From Candidatus Altiarchaeota archaeon (GTDB taxonomy: Archaea > Altiarchaeota > Altiarchaeia > IMC4 > SCGC-AAA252-I15), in NCBI GenBank assembly GCA_043800255.1, contig JAZDNF010000013.1:96001-160000 (forward strand): a stretch of DNA of 64,000 nt. Reading direction: 5' to 3'. Both the position numbers and the translations under genes were made by a program. Shown piece after piece: positions 38,782 to 48,980 of this stretch. Below the pieces are notes generated by a model. The model ran no database searches. It was not told where the DNA came from and saw nothing but the letters and a program-made list of their open reading frames with translations. The stretch's first letter is position 1, and each line of letters starts with the position of its first letter.

Positions 38782-40296
38782 CTAGTTACTTGAGATAGGT
38801 CGACCAAGTCTAGTCGCTTCTCTCCAGATGTTGACAATCTTCTCTTTTGGGAAATAGGTCAGATAAAACAATCTGATCACAATCATCCATACGATAATAT
38901 ATAGTATGAGTGAAACCCCGCTGTGGAAGAATACGTTCTGAATCTTGCTGGTGTAGGACATATTGACTAAGTATATAATGAAACTGATAGATGGAGGGAG
39001 TAGAATGCGCTGTATAAACCCGATAAATTCTTGCGTATTATAGAACATATAACGTCGAACTGCGTAGAATAGCGTTAGTGCGATAAGTCCTTGTACAGTG
39101 ATAGTTGCCACTGAAACGCCGAGTATTCCATAACCCATTTTGATAACAAGATAATCTAATATCACATTTAGAATCAATCCGGCTATCCAAATCTTGGTAT
39201 TGAGAGTCTGCTTGTTTACAACGGATGATGGGAGTATGACGCCTGGCACACATATAATTGCCATGAAGAAAATGCTGAATGTAAGTATATTAAAAACAGG
39301 TATACTTTCGATGAAGTTAGTTGTTACCAGATGAACTAACAAATAGAAACCTATCTGGCTGATGCCTATAGTCAATGCTGTTGCTATTGACAGATAAACT
39401 GCAATCTTTTGTAACGGTTTGAATCCTTCAATGTGATTTCTCGATTGCCCCAAGCCGGTCCATAGTATCGGCTGTAATACCCCTCCAAATTCAGAGAAAA
39501 ATAGGATAGCGTAGGAGACCATACCCAATGCATAGGAGTAAAGACCCATCTCATGTAGTGGTAGAAAGGCAGCAATCATCGTGCTGTCTGCCATACGATA
39601 ACCCCAATAGGCAATCGTTAACAGCGCCATAGGTATCCCAATTTTCATCAGTTTGACTGTCTCATTCCAGTTTATTTCAAAATGATAATTAATCCCACCT
39701 TTCTGTAGGTAGTATATGAACGCTAATATGGCACCTAATATAGGAGCTAGTAATACTGCGTAAATTTTCAGCCAGAATATTAGTGCTATTGTAACTACCG
39801 GCACGGTGATTCCTTTGATGAGATAGCCAGTTGCTACTTTGTTAAAGTTCTGCCTGGCATGGTTGAAAAGTGACCAGTTATCTGCGTTAGATGATATCAT
39901 ATAGGTCACTGCGGTTAGAATGAGGCCAATCTGGATTATTTTATTGGAATAGAAAAAAGAGGTGCCCAGGATAACAAGGAAGGGTAGAAATGTGTAAAGA
40001 AATTTGCTGGTTATTGAAACGTTTTGTATGTGTAACGCTTTTTCTTTTTCTCCCTTGCCTAACAGGTATGGCACCTCTCTCGAAGCAGCTGACTCTAATC
40101 CAGGGTTTATCAGACCAGCATAGGTAAGCCACAACCCGAGTAAACCGATAATACCGTATTCTTCTGGAACGAGGATCATCGCGACTATAATGCTCTTGGG
40201 TATGGATATGATTTTACAAAAAATGTTTACCGCATTAAATTTAAGAGACTGCCTCAGAACGCTTGATATAGTTACATTGTTTTTTGGTTCCATCAT
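38782..40296 (-). CDS. Oligosaccharide flippase (Wzx/MOP family)
   Basis: 12-14 TM helices, L.PEEYG, ADSTMIAAFL...GLYS. Confidence 0.8.
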   Translation of the reverse strand: MMEPKNNVTISSVLRQSLKFNAVNIFCKIISIPKSIIVAMILVPEEYGIIGLLGLWLTYAGLINPGLESAASREVPYLLGKGEKEKALHIQNVSITSKFLYTFLPFLVILGTSFFYSNKIIQIGLILTAVTYMISSNADNWSLFNHARQNFNKVATGYLIKGITVPVVTIALIFWLKIYAVLLAPILGAILAFIYYLQKGGINYHFEINWNETVKLMKIGIPMALLTIAYWGYRMADSTMIAAFLPLHEMGLYSYALGMVSYAILFFSEFGGVLQPILWTGLGQSRNHIEGFKPLQKIAVYLSIATALTIGISQIGFYLLVHLVTTNFIESIPVFNILTFSIFFMAIICVPGVILPSSVVNKQTLNTKIWIAGLILNVILDYLVIKMGYGILGVSVATITVQGLIALTLFYAVRRYMFYNTQEFIGFIQRILLPPSISFIIYLVNMSYTSKIQNVFFHSGVSLILYIIVWMIVIRLFYLTYFPKEKIVNIWREATRLGRPISSN

Positions 40297-40301
40297 TTAT
40301 T

Positions 40302-42260
40302 TTACTCGTTTTTATTTATGATGTCTAGGAGAGCACTAGCCGCCCTGATATCGCTTTTACCGTCATCCAGATGGGTGCCATACATTTTTAAAAATTCTCG
40401 ATTTTTCAAGTCAACATGAGTGTCGAGTTTGCCATCATTCAAAAAGGTGTCTAAAGCCGTTGTGAATTCATTTAGGTTAGGATAACAATATGCGCGACGT
40501 TTTAACAAATCTTCTGCTTCTTTGTCGATATGAAGGTGTCCAGTATATACGAAAATAGGTTTTGTTGTAGTGAGCGCCTGTAGGAGTGTTGTTGAAGGGA
40601 AATCAGTAATTATTATGTCGGATACCGGGAATAGCTCTTGGAATAGGAATTCTGTCCGTATGAACATACAGTTATCATAACCTTGCTTGTCTGCGTATGA
40701 GCGTAGTGGTGTTTCCCGGAACATAAGATTTGGGTGAATTTTTATAAGCGAAAGATAATCTTTTTTCTTTGCAATAAGATCAAGAATTGACGTTTGGGTA
40801 TCCCACAAGCACCTATCGATTAATGGAGGACGCCAAGTCACGTACATATTATTTTGAAGAATGTTTGTTGTAACGTATAGGATAGCTTTCTTGTAATTTT
40901 TTTGCTGTGGATAGTGCCCTAATTCTTTTGAGATGTTTAGGTTCGAGAGTGAGTCCAATGTAGAAGAACCAATAGCCGTGATGACGGTAGCATAATGTTT
41001 AGCAACTTCTTCGTATTTTTTTAGTACTCCCTGCCCATAAACAAAAAGATAGTCTGGAGGTATTACGTCGTAATATACAACCATAGCAGCTTCATGATAC
41101 CCGCAAGAGCCATGCTGCCAACCAATAACCGGTATGCCTAAATTTTGCGATGCTGTTGAAATTGAATTTTCAATGCATGTTGAAAAACTACGGCCAAGAA
41201 CGGCTTGAATTCTTTTCTTCGTTATAGTTTTTACTGCCGTATTATGGACATTTAAGCACAGTGGCGCCAAATCTAGAACTAAAAATTTGAGCCTGTCTTT
41301 GACTATAGGGAAAAAGTTGATGTCATTCCATAAAAAAAATCTGGTAAATTCTGTGTCAGATTCCAATTCGTCCAATACGTTCCCCAAAGCGTGATAATCG
41401 GACGGTTTGAGAAGATTGTTATTAATCCAATATTGTAAATCGTTTTTGATTCTGAAAATCGGGCCTAATCCAGAAGATTGAAGTTGATCTTCAGAAACGT
41501 TCCAATCGTATCCATTTCCGACAATAAGAACTGGCAATTGCGTATCTGCCCCACGATGGCAGCTAAGATTATGTAATGCTAACTTTAGATTTCCTTTTCG
41601 AATGCCCTTAACGAAACTTAAAATACTCGGGTGACTTTCCAAGCAATTTAAAACTCCTTTTTTAATTTCCCTTGATAAGGATATGTTTTTGCGTTCTTCA
41701 AAAGAATTGGTTTTTGACTGATACATGATGCCCAATTTTTCGGTTTTAGTACTCCAATCGGTATCAAGGCCGAGAAGTTTTGAATAAACCGATTCGCAAT
41801 TGTTAAAAAGTAGGTATGGAGCATTTTCAGAAAAACCGAACGGGTATTCCTTAGTACCATAGAAGTAAAGGATATCCGGCGCCTCTCGTTCAATCAATTT
41901 TGATAATTGGAATAATCGCGTTGTTATTGCATCATACACTACCTTGAGGTAATAAAAATTGAAGGATGCAGGTTTTATCCTGAATTTTTTAAAATCTGGG
42001 AGAAAATTTTGAATTTTATTATCGATAATTTTTGAAAACTCTTCAACACGTTGATAATTTTTTAGACCTATTGCGTATAATTCATCTATATCGTAGTAAT
42101 CCTCAAGGGTGCCATAAGGTACCTTATGACTATCTAACTCGTAGACGGCGAATGGAGAAAGTGCTATAATCTCTGGATTACCCTTGAATTTTTCACTATG
42201 GGTTAGATAGTCATTGACTTGTATTTCATCCTCTAGTAATACAATTGATTTTTTATTCAT
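40302..42260 (-). CDS. Surface carbohydrate biosynthesis protein, GT-B-like (candidate ulosonate transferase)
   Basis: GWQHG, IKIHP, DFPSTTLLQA. Confidence 0.5.
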   Translation of the reverse strand: MNKKSIVLLEDEIQVNDYLTHSEKFKGNPEIIALSPFAVYELDSHKVPYGTLEDYYDIDELYAIGLKNYQRVEEFSKIIDNKIQNFLPDFKKFRIKPASFNFYYLKVVYDAITTRLFQLSKLIEREAPDILYFYGTKEYPFGFSENAPYLLFNNCESVYSKLLGLDTDWSTKTEKLGIMYQSKTNSFEERKNISLSREIKKGVLNCLESHPSILSFVKGIRKGNLKLALHNLSCHRGADTQLPVLIVGNGYDWNVSEDQLQSSGLGPIFRIKNDLQYWINNNLLKPSDYHALGNVLDELESDTEFTRFFLWNDINFFPIVKDRLKFLVLDLAPLCLNVHNTAVKTITKKRIQAVLGRSFSTCIENSISTASQNLGIPVIGWQHGSCGYHEAAMVVYYDVIPPDYLFVYGQGVLKKYEEVAKHYATVITAIGSSTLDSLSNLNISKELGHYPQQKNYKKAILYVTTNILQNNMYVTWRPPLIDRCLWDTQTSILDLIAKKKDYLSLIKIHPNLMFRETPLRSYADKQGYDNCMFIRTEFLFQELFPVSDIIITDFPSTTLLQALTTTKPIFVYTGHLHIDKEAEDLLKRRAYCYPNLNEFTTALDTFLNDGKLDTHVDLKNREFLKMYGTHLDDGKSDIRAASALLDIINKNE

Positions 42261-42417
42261 AGATACTTTACCACTCCATTTTAATCTGGTAATCTCCTAT
42301 AACTTAGGATTAATTCGTTTGCCATCTTTGCTATATAGGGGCAAAATTGAGGCCTAATATCCCACAAATTAAATGTCAACGTGAGGGATAACCCAAAGAG
42401 GCATTAGGTAATAAGCT

Positions 42418-43935
42418 TTATTGCATTTTAAGGATGCTCCTAGCTACACGTCTTATTGCTTTAGGTATGCTCGTTTTTATCCAATCCGGAATTGTGTTTC
42501 CTAGGTAGACGTAGAGCGCATATATGTAATAAGTCTTAGGTTTTGTCTTCTTATGGTAATATAATTTTAATTCTTCTCTCATAATTTGACCCCAATGCCG
42601 CCATACTTTGTCAGGCTCCTTTGTCAGATTAATTAAAGGTGCCCCCCCATGCTCAGCAACGAAATCGAGATATTCTTCAACATCTTGGACAAGTTTATTT
42701 TCTTCAACATATCGCCAAATAGGGGTCTCGGGTAGAGGAACCAGGTAGTTCAAAGAGAATTTATATGCGTCAACATCTTTTAAGAATTGGATTGTTTCAT
42801 AGATTGTTTCTGTCGTTTCTTTTGGGGATCCTATGACCAACTGTACGCAACACGCCATTCCCAAGTCTAATGTCAACTTGGTTATTCTCCTGTTTTGCTG
42901 GGAGCTTATACCTTTTCTATACTCTCTCAAGATTGTGTCTGAACCGGATTCCTGGCCGTAATCGACTTCAATACATCCAGTTTCTTTCAGCCGGATAAGC
43001 ATTCTCTCGTCAACCTTATCCGCTCTTGCACCAGGTACTACATAGAAAATATCAAGATTGTTCTTTTCTATCGCATCACACAATTCCATAACCCAACCAT
43101 AATCTGAATTAAACAATTCGTCATAGAAATAAAATCCACTGACCCCATATTTTTCCTTGATATATTTTATGTGGTTAGTCACATAATCCACACTATGTCT
43201 CCTGACTCCCCGGACATGCCTATAACAAAAAAGGCATCTGTTGGTACAGCCTGAAGACGTAGGAATCTCAATGTAGTGTGTTCTCGACCCCACCCGCGCT
43301 CTTGCATTGGAAATAATCGAATCACTAAGGAGTAAATCTTCATACATTTCAAGCCGATTCTTTACTGGGGACAGATACCGAGATACATCAATGAGCTGGT
43401 ATGCAGGAAATGGAATTTCGTCTAAATCTTTTATTTGCTCGGCAGGATCGTTTCTTACAGCCCTCCCATCTAGGGGATAGGATAGTCCAAGTATGTCATA
43501 TATCGTTTCCTTTTTTTCAAATCTCCTCAAAAATATAGGGAGGCTGACATCTGCTTCGCCATGGAAGACCACATCTACTTTGGTTTTTGTAAGCAATAAT
43601 TCATAAACGGATGCAAGAGCCCCACCGGCAATTTGCACAATTTTGGGGTATTTGCTCTTTATATGTAAAGATAATTGTTTGGTTCTCCCATAGGATGTTG
43701 CAATACCCCCGTAACCTATGATGGAAGGTTTATAATCTTCTATAATTTTATCAATTTTATCAAAGAAGTGGCCATTATCAAACTCTCGGAGTTCAATATC
43801 ATCCAAGTAGGGGTCTATTATTCTCGCTTGGTGACCGCATCTTTCGATTATTGATCCCACATATAATAAACCCCAAGGCACTCCAAACCCCGCAATTCCT
43901 CTGCGGGAGGGCACGTTTATCAGTAATATGTTCAT
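42418..43935 (-). CDS. B12-binding domain radical SAM protein
   Basis: LLINVP..PWGL, GEAD, SSGCTNRCLFC, GQESGS. Confidence 0.88.
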   Translation of the reverse strand: MNILLINVPSRRGIAGFGVPWGLLYVGSIIERCGHQARIIDPYLDDIELREFDNGHFFDKIDKIIEDYKPSIIGYGGIATSYGRTKQLSLHIKSKYPKIVQIAGGALASVYELLLTKTKVDVVFHGEADVSLPIFLRRFEKKETIYDILGLSYPLDGRAVRNDPAEQIKDLDEIPFPAYQLIDVSRYLSPVKNRLEMYEDLLLSDSIISNARARVGSRTHYIEIPTSSGCTNRCLFCYRHVRGVRRHSVDYVTNHIKYIKEKYGVSGFYFYDELFNSDYGWVMELCDAIEKNNLDIFYVVPGARADKVDERMLIRLKETGCIEVDYGQESGSDTILREYRKGISSQQNRRITKLTLDLGMACCVQLVIGSPKETTETIYETIQFLKDVDAYKFSLNYLVPLPETPIWRYVEENKLVQDVEEYLDFVAEHGGAPLINLTKEPDKVWRHWGQIMREELKLYYHKKTKPKTYYIYALYVYLGNTIPDWIKTSIPKAIRRVARSILKMQ

Positions 43936-43978
43936 AGAATTACCTCTGCAGGCTATCATTTACTTTGGAGTATCTCAA

Positions 43979-45037
43979 TTATTTGTGGTCTATCCTGTCC
44001 CAGAATATGACTTCATCCTCGTTAATATCCTTTCTTGTCTTTTTGCCTACAAGATCATTTAAAAATTTTGGCTCGATGCCAGTTCCAGGTCTTTTAATGA
44101 CGATCATTTTTTGGGTTATCTTTGTTCCTTTTGGTATGAACAGTTTTGCCACTAGGCTCCTTCTTGCAAATTTTCGTGCTTTATTCTCTGATTTTGTAGG
44201 TTTTTTTGTTTTGATCCCCATTGCCTTTTCTAAGACTCTGAAGCTATTTACAATATTTCTCAAATCCTCATAATCCGCCGATATCTCATGGTCATAGCCG
44301 GGTCTACTTTTATCAAAAGTGAAATGTTTTTCAATTACCTTAACGCCCATTGCAACAGCAGCAGTTAGTACATAGAGACTTTCAGGCATTTTAGTATGGT
44401 CAGAATATCCGACGGTATGTTGTGGAAATTTCTCAATTATATCCCTTATCATGTTTAGGTTTACATCCTCGATTTTTGTCGGATAGTTGGTGGTACAGTG
44501 TAGTAGGATAATCTGACCATTACCCTCAGACTCAATAATCTCGACAGCCTCCCGTATCTCATCGATTGTTGATGCTCCAGTGGAGAGGATTATCGGTTTC
44601 TTCTTTTTTGCTATATGCCTTATGAGAGGATGATGTGTTATGTCCATGGAACTAATCTTGTAGATGGAAACTCCAAGCTTCTCCAGCATATCTGCCGATT
44701 CCTCATCCGCAGGCGTCGAGAATAACACTATACCTGCATCATCCGCAACCTGCTTCAACTCCTGATACTGATTGAAACTAAGCTGTGGCATCTCATTGAA
44801 CTCTTCATACTGAGTCTCTCCAGGGCATCCTTCTATATCCCAGAACTTCGGCGCATCCCTTGTTACGAGCTTGTCAGGGACAAATGTCTGGAATTTTACA
44901 GCATCTGCACCCGCCAGAGCAGCCTCTTTTACCATTTCCTTTGCACGCTCAAAATCATTTTCAAAGTTGCATCCTATTTCGGCAATGACAAAAACAGAAG
45001 CTCTGCCAGTAATATCTTTAAGTAGATTATTTTGCAT
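43979..45037 (-). CDS. neuB: Nonulosonic acid synthase (NeuB/PseI/LegI family) with SAF domain
   Basis: IAEIG, GADAVKFQT, LHCTTNYP, GYSDHT, IEKHFT, RRS, KRPGTG. Confidence 0.9.
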   Translation of the reverse strand: MQNNLLKDITGRASVFVIAEIGCNFENDFERAKEMVKEAALAGADAVKFQTFVPDKLVTRDAPKFWDIEGCPGETQYEEFNEMPQLSFNQYQELKQVADDAGIVLFSTPADEESADMLEKLGVSIYKISSMDITHHPLIRHIAKKKKPIILSTGASTIDEIREAVEIIESEGNGQIILLHCTTNYPTKIEDVNLNMIRDIIEKFPQHTVGYSDHTKMPESLYVLTAAVAMGVKVIEKHFTFDKSRPGYDHEISADYEDLRNIVNSFRVLEKAMGIKTKKPTKSENKARKFARRSLVAKLFIPKGTKITQKMIVIKRPGTGIEPKFLNDLVGKKTRKDINEDEVIFWDRIDHK

Positions 45038-45067
45038 TTTTTATGCCTGATTTTCTATATGAGTATT

Positions 45068-46039
45068 TTAAAAGATCTCTGTGGAGTCCCCCATCGTAAA
45101 ATACCAATTCATATTATCTTTAATTTCTTCTGCATAATCAAATTGTTTATTCATGCGTATAACAAGAGGGATTTTAGTGTTTTCTTTGGAGAATCCTTTT
45201 TCCTCTAAAACCTCTTCAAATAATGGATTCCCCCATATCCAGCAAGTAACTTCATCAACATTATGTTCACTGAAAAAATTCAAACTTCCATCAACAAGTT
45301 TATCTAATGTATCTTTATCACCAGAACAGGTGAAAACATCTAATATGTGTCCCCTAAGGATCTTATCTTCTCGATAAAGCTTTAAGACAGTATACCCCCC
45401 GAGAGTTTTACCTTTGTATACTCCAAAGGGGAAATATTTCCAATCTGGCCGTTGTATATACCTCCAATTTAGATAATTTTTGTTTCTGACAACAGCGATT
45501 TTGTAGTCTTTACGACAGGAATCCCAGAGGTTATCAAAATCATCACCAAATTTGTCAATCTTGTGAAAACCGGGCAGCTCCTGTTTACCCACTAGGTTAG
45601 GTTTTGTTATTTTAAGGGCATCAAAAAAAATCAGATCAGAATACCCCATAAATCCTTTGTGAAGCGTATAGGAGCGTTTGTTGGGAAATCCGTAAGTGAC
45701 GGGGATATTGTTTTCTTTTAGATCTTCAAACAATTTATCGCTAATAAATTTTAAAAGACCTCTGTTTTGATATTTACTTTCGACCAGGGCGGCAATCGTG
45801 TGAGAGGCAATAATCTCTTCGTCAAAAACTTTTAGTCTAAACGGAACAGCTGCAAAATGGGCGATAATTTTCTCATCTTCTGTCATAACCCAAATGAAAG
45901 ATTTTCCCGAGGGATTGGCATCGGCATACTTCCAATACCAGTTGCTTAAATCGGTTCTGTTCCAAGGATGATCTTCCAGTCGCCTATCCAACGCCAAAAT
46001 TTCTTTTTCATCCCCCTTTTGATATGGCCTAATTTCCAT
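45068..46039 (-). CDS. Tandem GNAT-fold acyltransferase
   Basis: YQNRGL, YGFPN, R..NYLNWRY, TMGDS. Confidence 0.72.
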   Translation of the reverse strand: MEIRPYQKGDEKEILALDRRLEDHPWNRTDLSNWYWKYADANPSGKSFIWVMTEDEKIIAHFAAVPFRLKVFDEEIIASHTIAALVESKYQNRGLLKFISDKLFEDLKENNIPVTYGFPNKRSYTLHKGFMGYSDLIFFDALKITKPNLVGKQELPGFHKIDKFGDDFDNLWDSCRKDYKIAVVRNKNYLNWRYIQRPDWKYFPFGVYKGKTLGGYTVLKLYREDKILRGHILDVFTCSGDKDTLDKLVDGSLNFFSEHNVDEVTCWIWGNPLFEEVLEEKGFSKENTKIPLVIRMNKQFDYAEEIKDNMNWYFTMGDSTEIF

Positions 46040-46110
46040 GATTCGCACACCATATAACATATATTTTCGTATTTAAGACGTATAAGCCCCACACAAAAAA
46101 CAAAGGAGTT

Positions 46111-47193
46111 TTACAGAGCCATTTTTCTCATATTGGATTTATCTATTGAGGTGGAAGTGATTATCTTGGATAATCTTTCAGAACCCAAGCCGTCGGTAAT
46201 TCTTTTTGCATTTTTACTAAGTGAAACACGTTTCTTCTTATTCCCTAGTAGGTCTTTTAAAGAGTCTGCTATCAGCTCTTTTGGGATATCCGTTCCAATC
46301 CCTAAGTTTATTACTGCATTCTTCCGGGCGAAAATTTGGGCTACAGTATCGTGTAGTTTATGATGACCGATAACAATTGATGGAACTCCGAATATCGCCA
46401 GTTCATAGAGTGTATTACCGGCTGCGGTTATGGCGATATCACTTTCAGCCATGAATTTATACATTTGTCCTTGTGTAACATCCCATTCAAATTGATAAAC
46501 ATTCTTCAACTGGGATTCCAAAGATCGGAGTTCTTTTCTGTGTTTGGAAGACACAGCATGGCCGACTACAACAATTATTTTCTGTTTTAAATCCAGAAGC
46601 TCTAGTGACTTGATTATTTTAGATGTCAGACCATGAGGGTCCTCACCACCTTGATTTATAAAGATAGTTTTAGAGATTTCAGATATCCTTTTCTTTTTTT
46701 TCCATTCCTTGTGTAATATTTCTGGGAGCAACATATATTCTGGGTCGATACAGTATAAGGCTTTGCTCTTGGAAAATTTTTTATAAAATTTCTTGTTTTG
46801 AGCGATACTAAAATTGACTACTATATCCCCCGGAATCGCCCCGTGTTTATCGTCATCAAGAATAACTACTAAGAGTTGACTTGAATCCTTTAGGGTCTGA
46901 AAATAATCAGTATTCTTGTTCAAAAGATCGCAAATTAAAATTTCGATGTTTGATTTTTTGATAAACTTCAGTATAATGTCTATTTCTTTTTCTTCGCTTA
47001 TGTCCTTATCCAATTTTTTAACATGATAATTTTTTTCTTTTAAAATATTTACTGCAGGTGAAAAATTTTTTGTTAAAAAAAGGATGTTACAGTCCTTTCT
47101 TTTTTTTAGACTGTCTGCCAGCACAATGGATTCCATTAAGTGCCCCATACCAATTTTCTTACCGGCATCTACTCTAAAACAAATGTTCACCAT
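46111..47193 (-). CDS. PseG/SpsG-like NDP-sugar hydrolase
   Basis: FRVDAGKKIGMGHL, GGEDP, AAGNTLYE. Confidence 0.8.
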   Translation of the reverse strand: MVNICFRVDAGKKIGMGHLMESIVLADSLKKRKDCNILFLTKNFSPAVNILKEKNYHVKKLDKDISEEKEIDIILKFIKKSNIEILICDLLNKNTDYFQTLKDSSQLLVVILDDDKHGAIPGDIVVNFSIAQNKKFYKKFSKSKALYCIDPEYMLLPEILHKEWKKKKRISEISKTIFINQGGEDPHGLTSKIIKSLELLDLKQKIIVVVGHAVSSKHRKELRSLESQLKNVYQFEWDVTQGQMYKFMAESDIAITAAGNTLYELAIFGVPSIVIGHHKLHDTVAQIFARKNAVINLGIGTDIPKELIADSLKDLLGNKKKRVSLSKNAKRITDGLGSERLSKIITSTSIDKSNMRKMAL

Positions 47194-47199
47194 CTCGGA

Positions 47200-47865
47200 T
47201 TAGTTCCACTTATCGCGTATAACAACAAAGGCTTCCGCCGCTTTAAAGCCCACTTCAGTACCGCGTTTTATGGCTAAAATTTCTACACTCTTGTCAGAAC
47301 GGGGGTGTGGGAAATCCCTTTTTTCAGTCTGATAGCATCGCAATGCTTTGATTTTAGTCTCTAGATATTTTTCTATGTTTATGTAGAAATTAGGTAGAAA
47401 TGCAAGTTCGCTAAGATTGGGGGATTGTTCTGTCGATGATGGAGTCTCGTAGGATAATATCTTTTTAATTCCGAGATTTGCAAACGGTCTCAATGCAATC
47501 ATCGCCGCCTGGAACACAGCCCTATGGTCCTGATGGTTATCTCCTCTGTGGGTTACATACACGGTTTCGGGCTTAATCTTATTAACATATTGTTCTAATG
47601 GGATGAGTATGTCTTGGATGGAAACATCCAATCTCTCATCGTTTAAATTGAAAAATTCCGCCTCCTTGTATCCTAACACCTTTTTAGCTTTTAGGGCACA
47701 TTGAACTTCGATTTTATTTTTTTCATCGTTGAATTTGTGGTCATAGATGCGGTGCGCGATGAAACAAACGTATACTTCATCTTCCTCTGAGACGTGTCTT
47801 GCGATTGTTCCACCCATACCTAAAACCTCGTCATCCATGTGGGGTGCAATTACGAGTATTTTCAT
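47200..47865 (-). CDS. PIG-L family deacetylase
   Basis: APHMDDE, DNHQDH, YETPSSTE, HPRS. Confidence 0.88.
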   Translation of the reverse strand: MKILVIAPHMDDEVLGMGGTIARHVSEEDEVYVCFIAHRIYDHKFNDEKNKIEVQCALKAKKVLGYKEAEFFNLNDERLDVSIQDILIPLEQYVNKIKPETVYVTHRGDNHQDHRAVFQAAMIALRPFANLGIKKILSYETPSSTEQSPNLSELAFLPNFYINIEKYLETKIKALRCYQTEKRDFPHPRSDKSVEILAIKRGTEVGFKAAEAFVVIRDKWN

Positions 47866-48965
47866 TTTATTCCCTTCGGTCGAGCATCCATGGATTTAAT
47901 ATCAAGGTGCTGGTCTATATATACATTCATCTTAATTTTCTTATTACCAACTTTAATAACTTCCTCTTTGGTGATTCCGCCGTCACAACAGAGTTGGCAC
48001 GGGGCCAATTTTAACCTTCTTTTATTTTTCATCAAATCTCGCACACGATTAAACGCTTCACCATGCCATATATCACGCAACGATTGCTCTTTCACGTCGC
48101 CCAAGATATTACCTTCCAAGTAGTCACTGTGGCATTGCGCAACTCGGCCATCCCACATAACAGCCATCCTCTGCCATGGAGACTGACAGATGTAGTTGGG
48201 ATCACGGATGAAATTCATCTTCTCATCGGACCGTATCTCATCTGCAATAAAGTTTATTCTGTCTGCGACGGGAAGCCAGAAGTTTCTGTATTTTTCTGGA
48301 TTTTCCCTTATTGCCGACCAGATAGTTTGAACGCGAATCAAAGGCTTCTTTAAAACCTTGCTATCTCGATACTCCTTTAAGAATTTTACTTTCTTGACTA
48401 TATTCTCGAACTTTTCAGGATACCTTATCCTCTCGTAGGTTCCATCTAATCCATCAATCGAAAAACTCATCCAATCAAGACCAACATCTACCAATTTTTT
48501 TGATAATTCGGGATTAAGTCGCTCCCCGTTTGTCAAGAACGACACATCTTTTATGCCGCTGTCTTTAGCGTATTTCACCATATCGACAATTTTTGGGTTT
48601 AGGAGGGGCTCACCACGCCAACTTAATTTCACCGAATACACTCTCTCCCTCACGCACTCATCTATTACCTTTTTGTATAAGTCGAACTCCATGTTTCCTT
48701 CTTGTATTCCCCTCTTCTTCATCAGATGCCTTCCACACATAGGACATTGCATCTGGCACAAACTCGAAGTTTCAATATCAACATGACTTGGGAAGTCAAA
48801 TACATGGAAAAAACGTGGGCCGAAATGCCATTTGAACCTGTCTTTTACGTGAGCAACCACGTGGCCCTGACCAAGAAAGTATCTTAAATTCTCCCATCTG
48901 CTGCTAAGGCTGAAGTAATCATGATTTATTTTTACGTCGAACCAATTTTGATTCCAGAGGTTCAT
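47862..48965 (-). CDS. Radical SAM protein with SPASM/twitch domain
   Basis: CQMQCPMC, GEPLL, TNG, CQSPW...DG.VAQC...CQLC. Confidence 0.88.
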   Translation of the reverse strand: MNLWNQNWFDVKINHDYFSLSSRWENLRYFLGQGHVVAHVKDRFKWHFGPRFFHVFDFPSHVDIETSSLCQMQCPMCGRHLMKKRGIQEGNMEFDLYKKVIDECVRERVYSVKLSWRGEPLLNPKIVDMVKYAKDSGIKDVSFLTNGERLNPELSKKLVDVGLDWMSFSIDGLDGTYERIRYPEKFENIVKKVKFLKEYRDSKVLKKPLIRVQTIWSAIRENPEKYRNFWLPVADRINFIADEIRSDEKMNFIRDPNYICQSPWQRMAVMWDGRVAQCHSDYLEGNILGDVKEQSLRDIWHGEAFNRVRDLMKNKRRLKLAPCQLCCDGGITKEEVIKVGNKKIKMNVYIDQHLDIKSMDARPKGIK

Positions 48966-48980
48966 GGCTTCTCACTAATT

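Noticed and set aside
4415-42408. 12-bp match AGAGGCATTAGG at 4415 and 42397, both intergenic
   Set aside because: Many 12-mer matches are expected by chance in 64 kb, and the match does not extend
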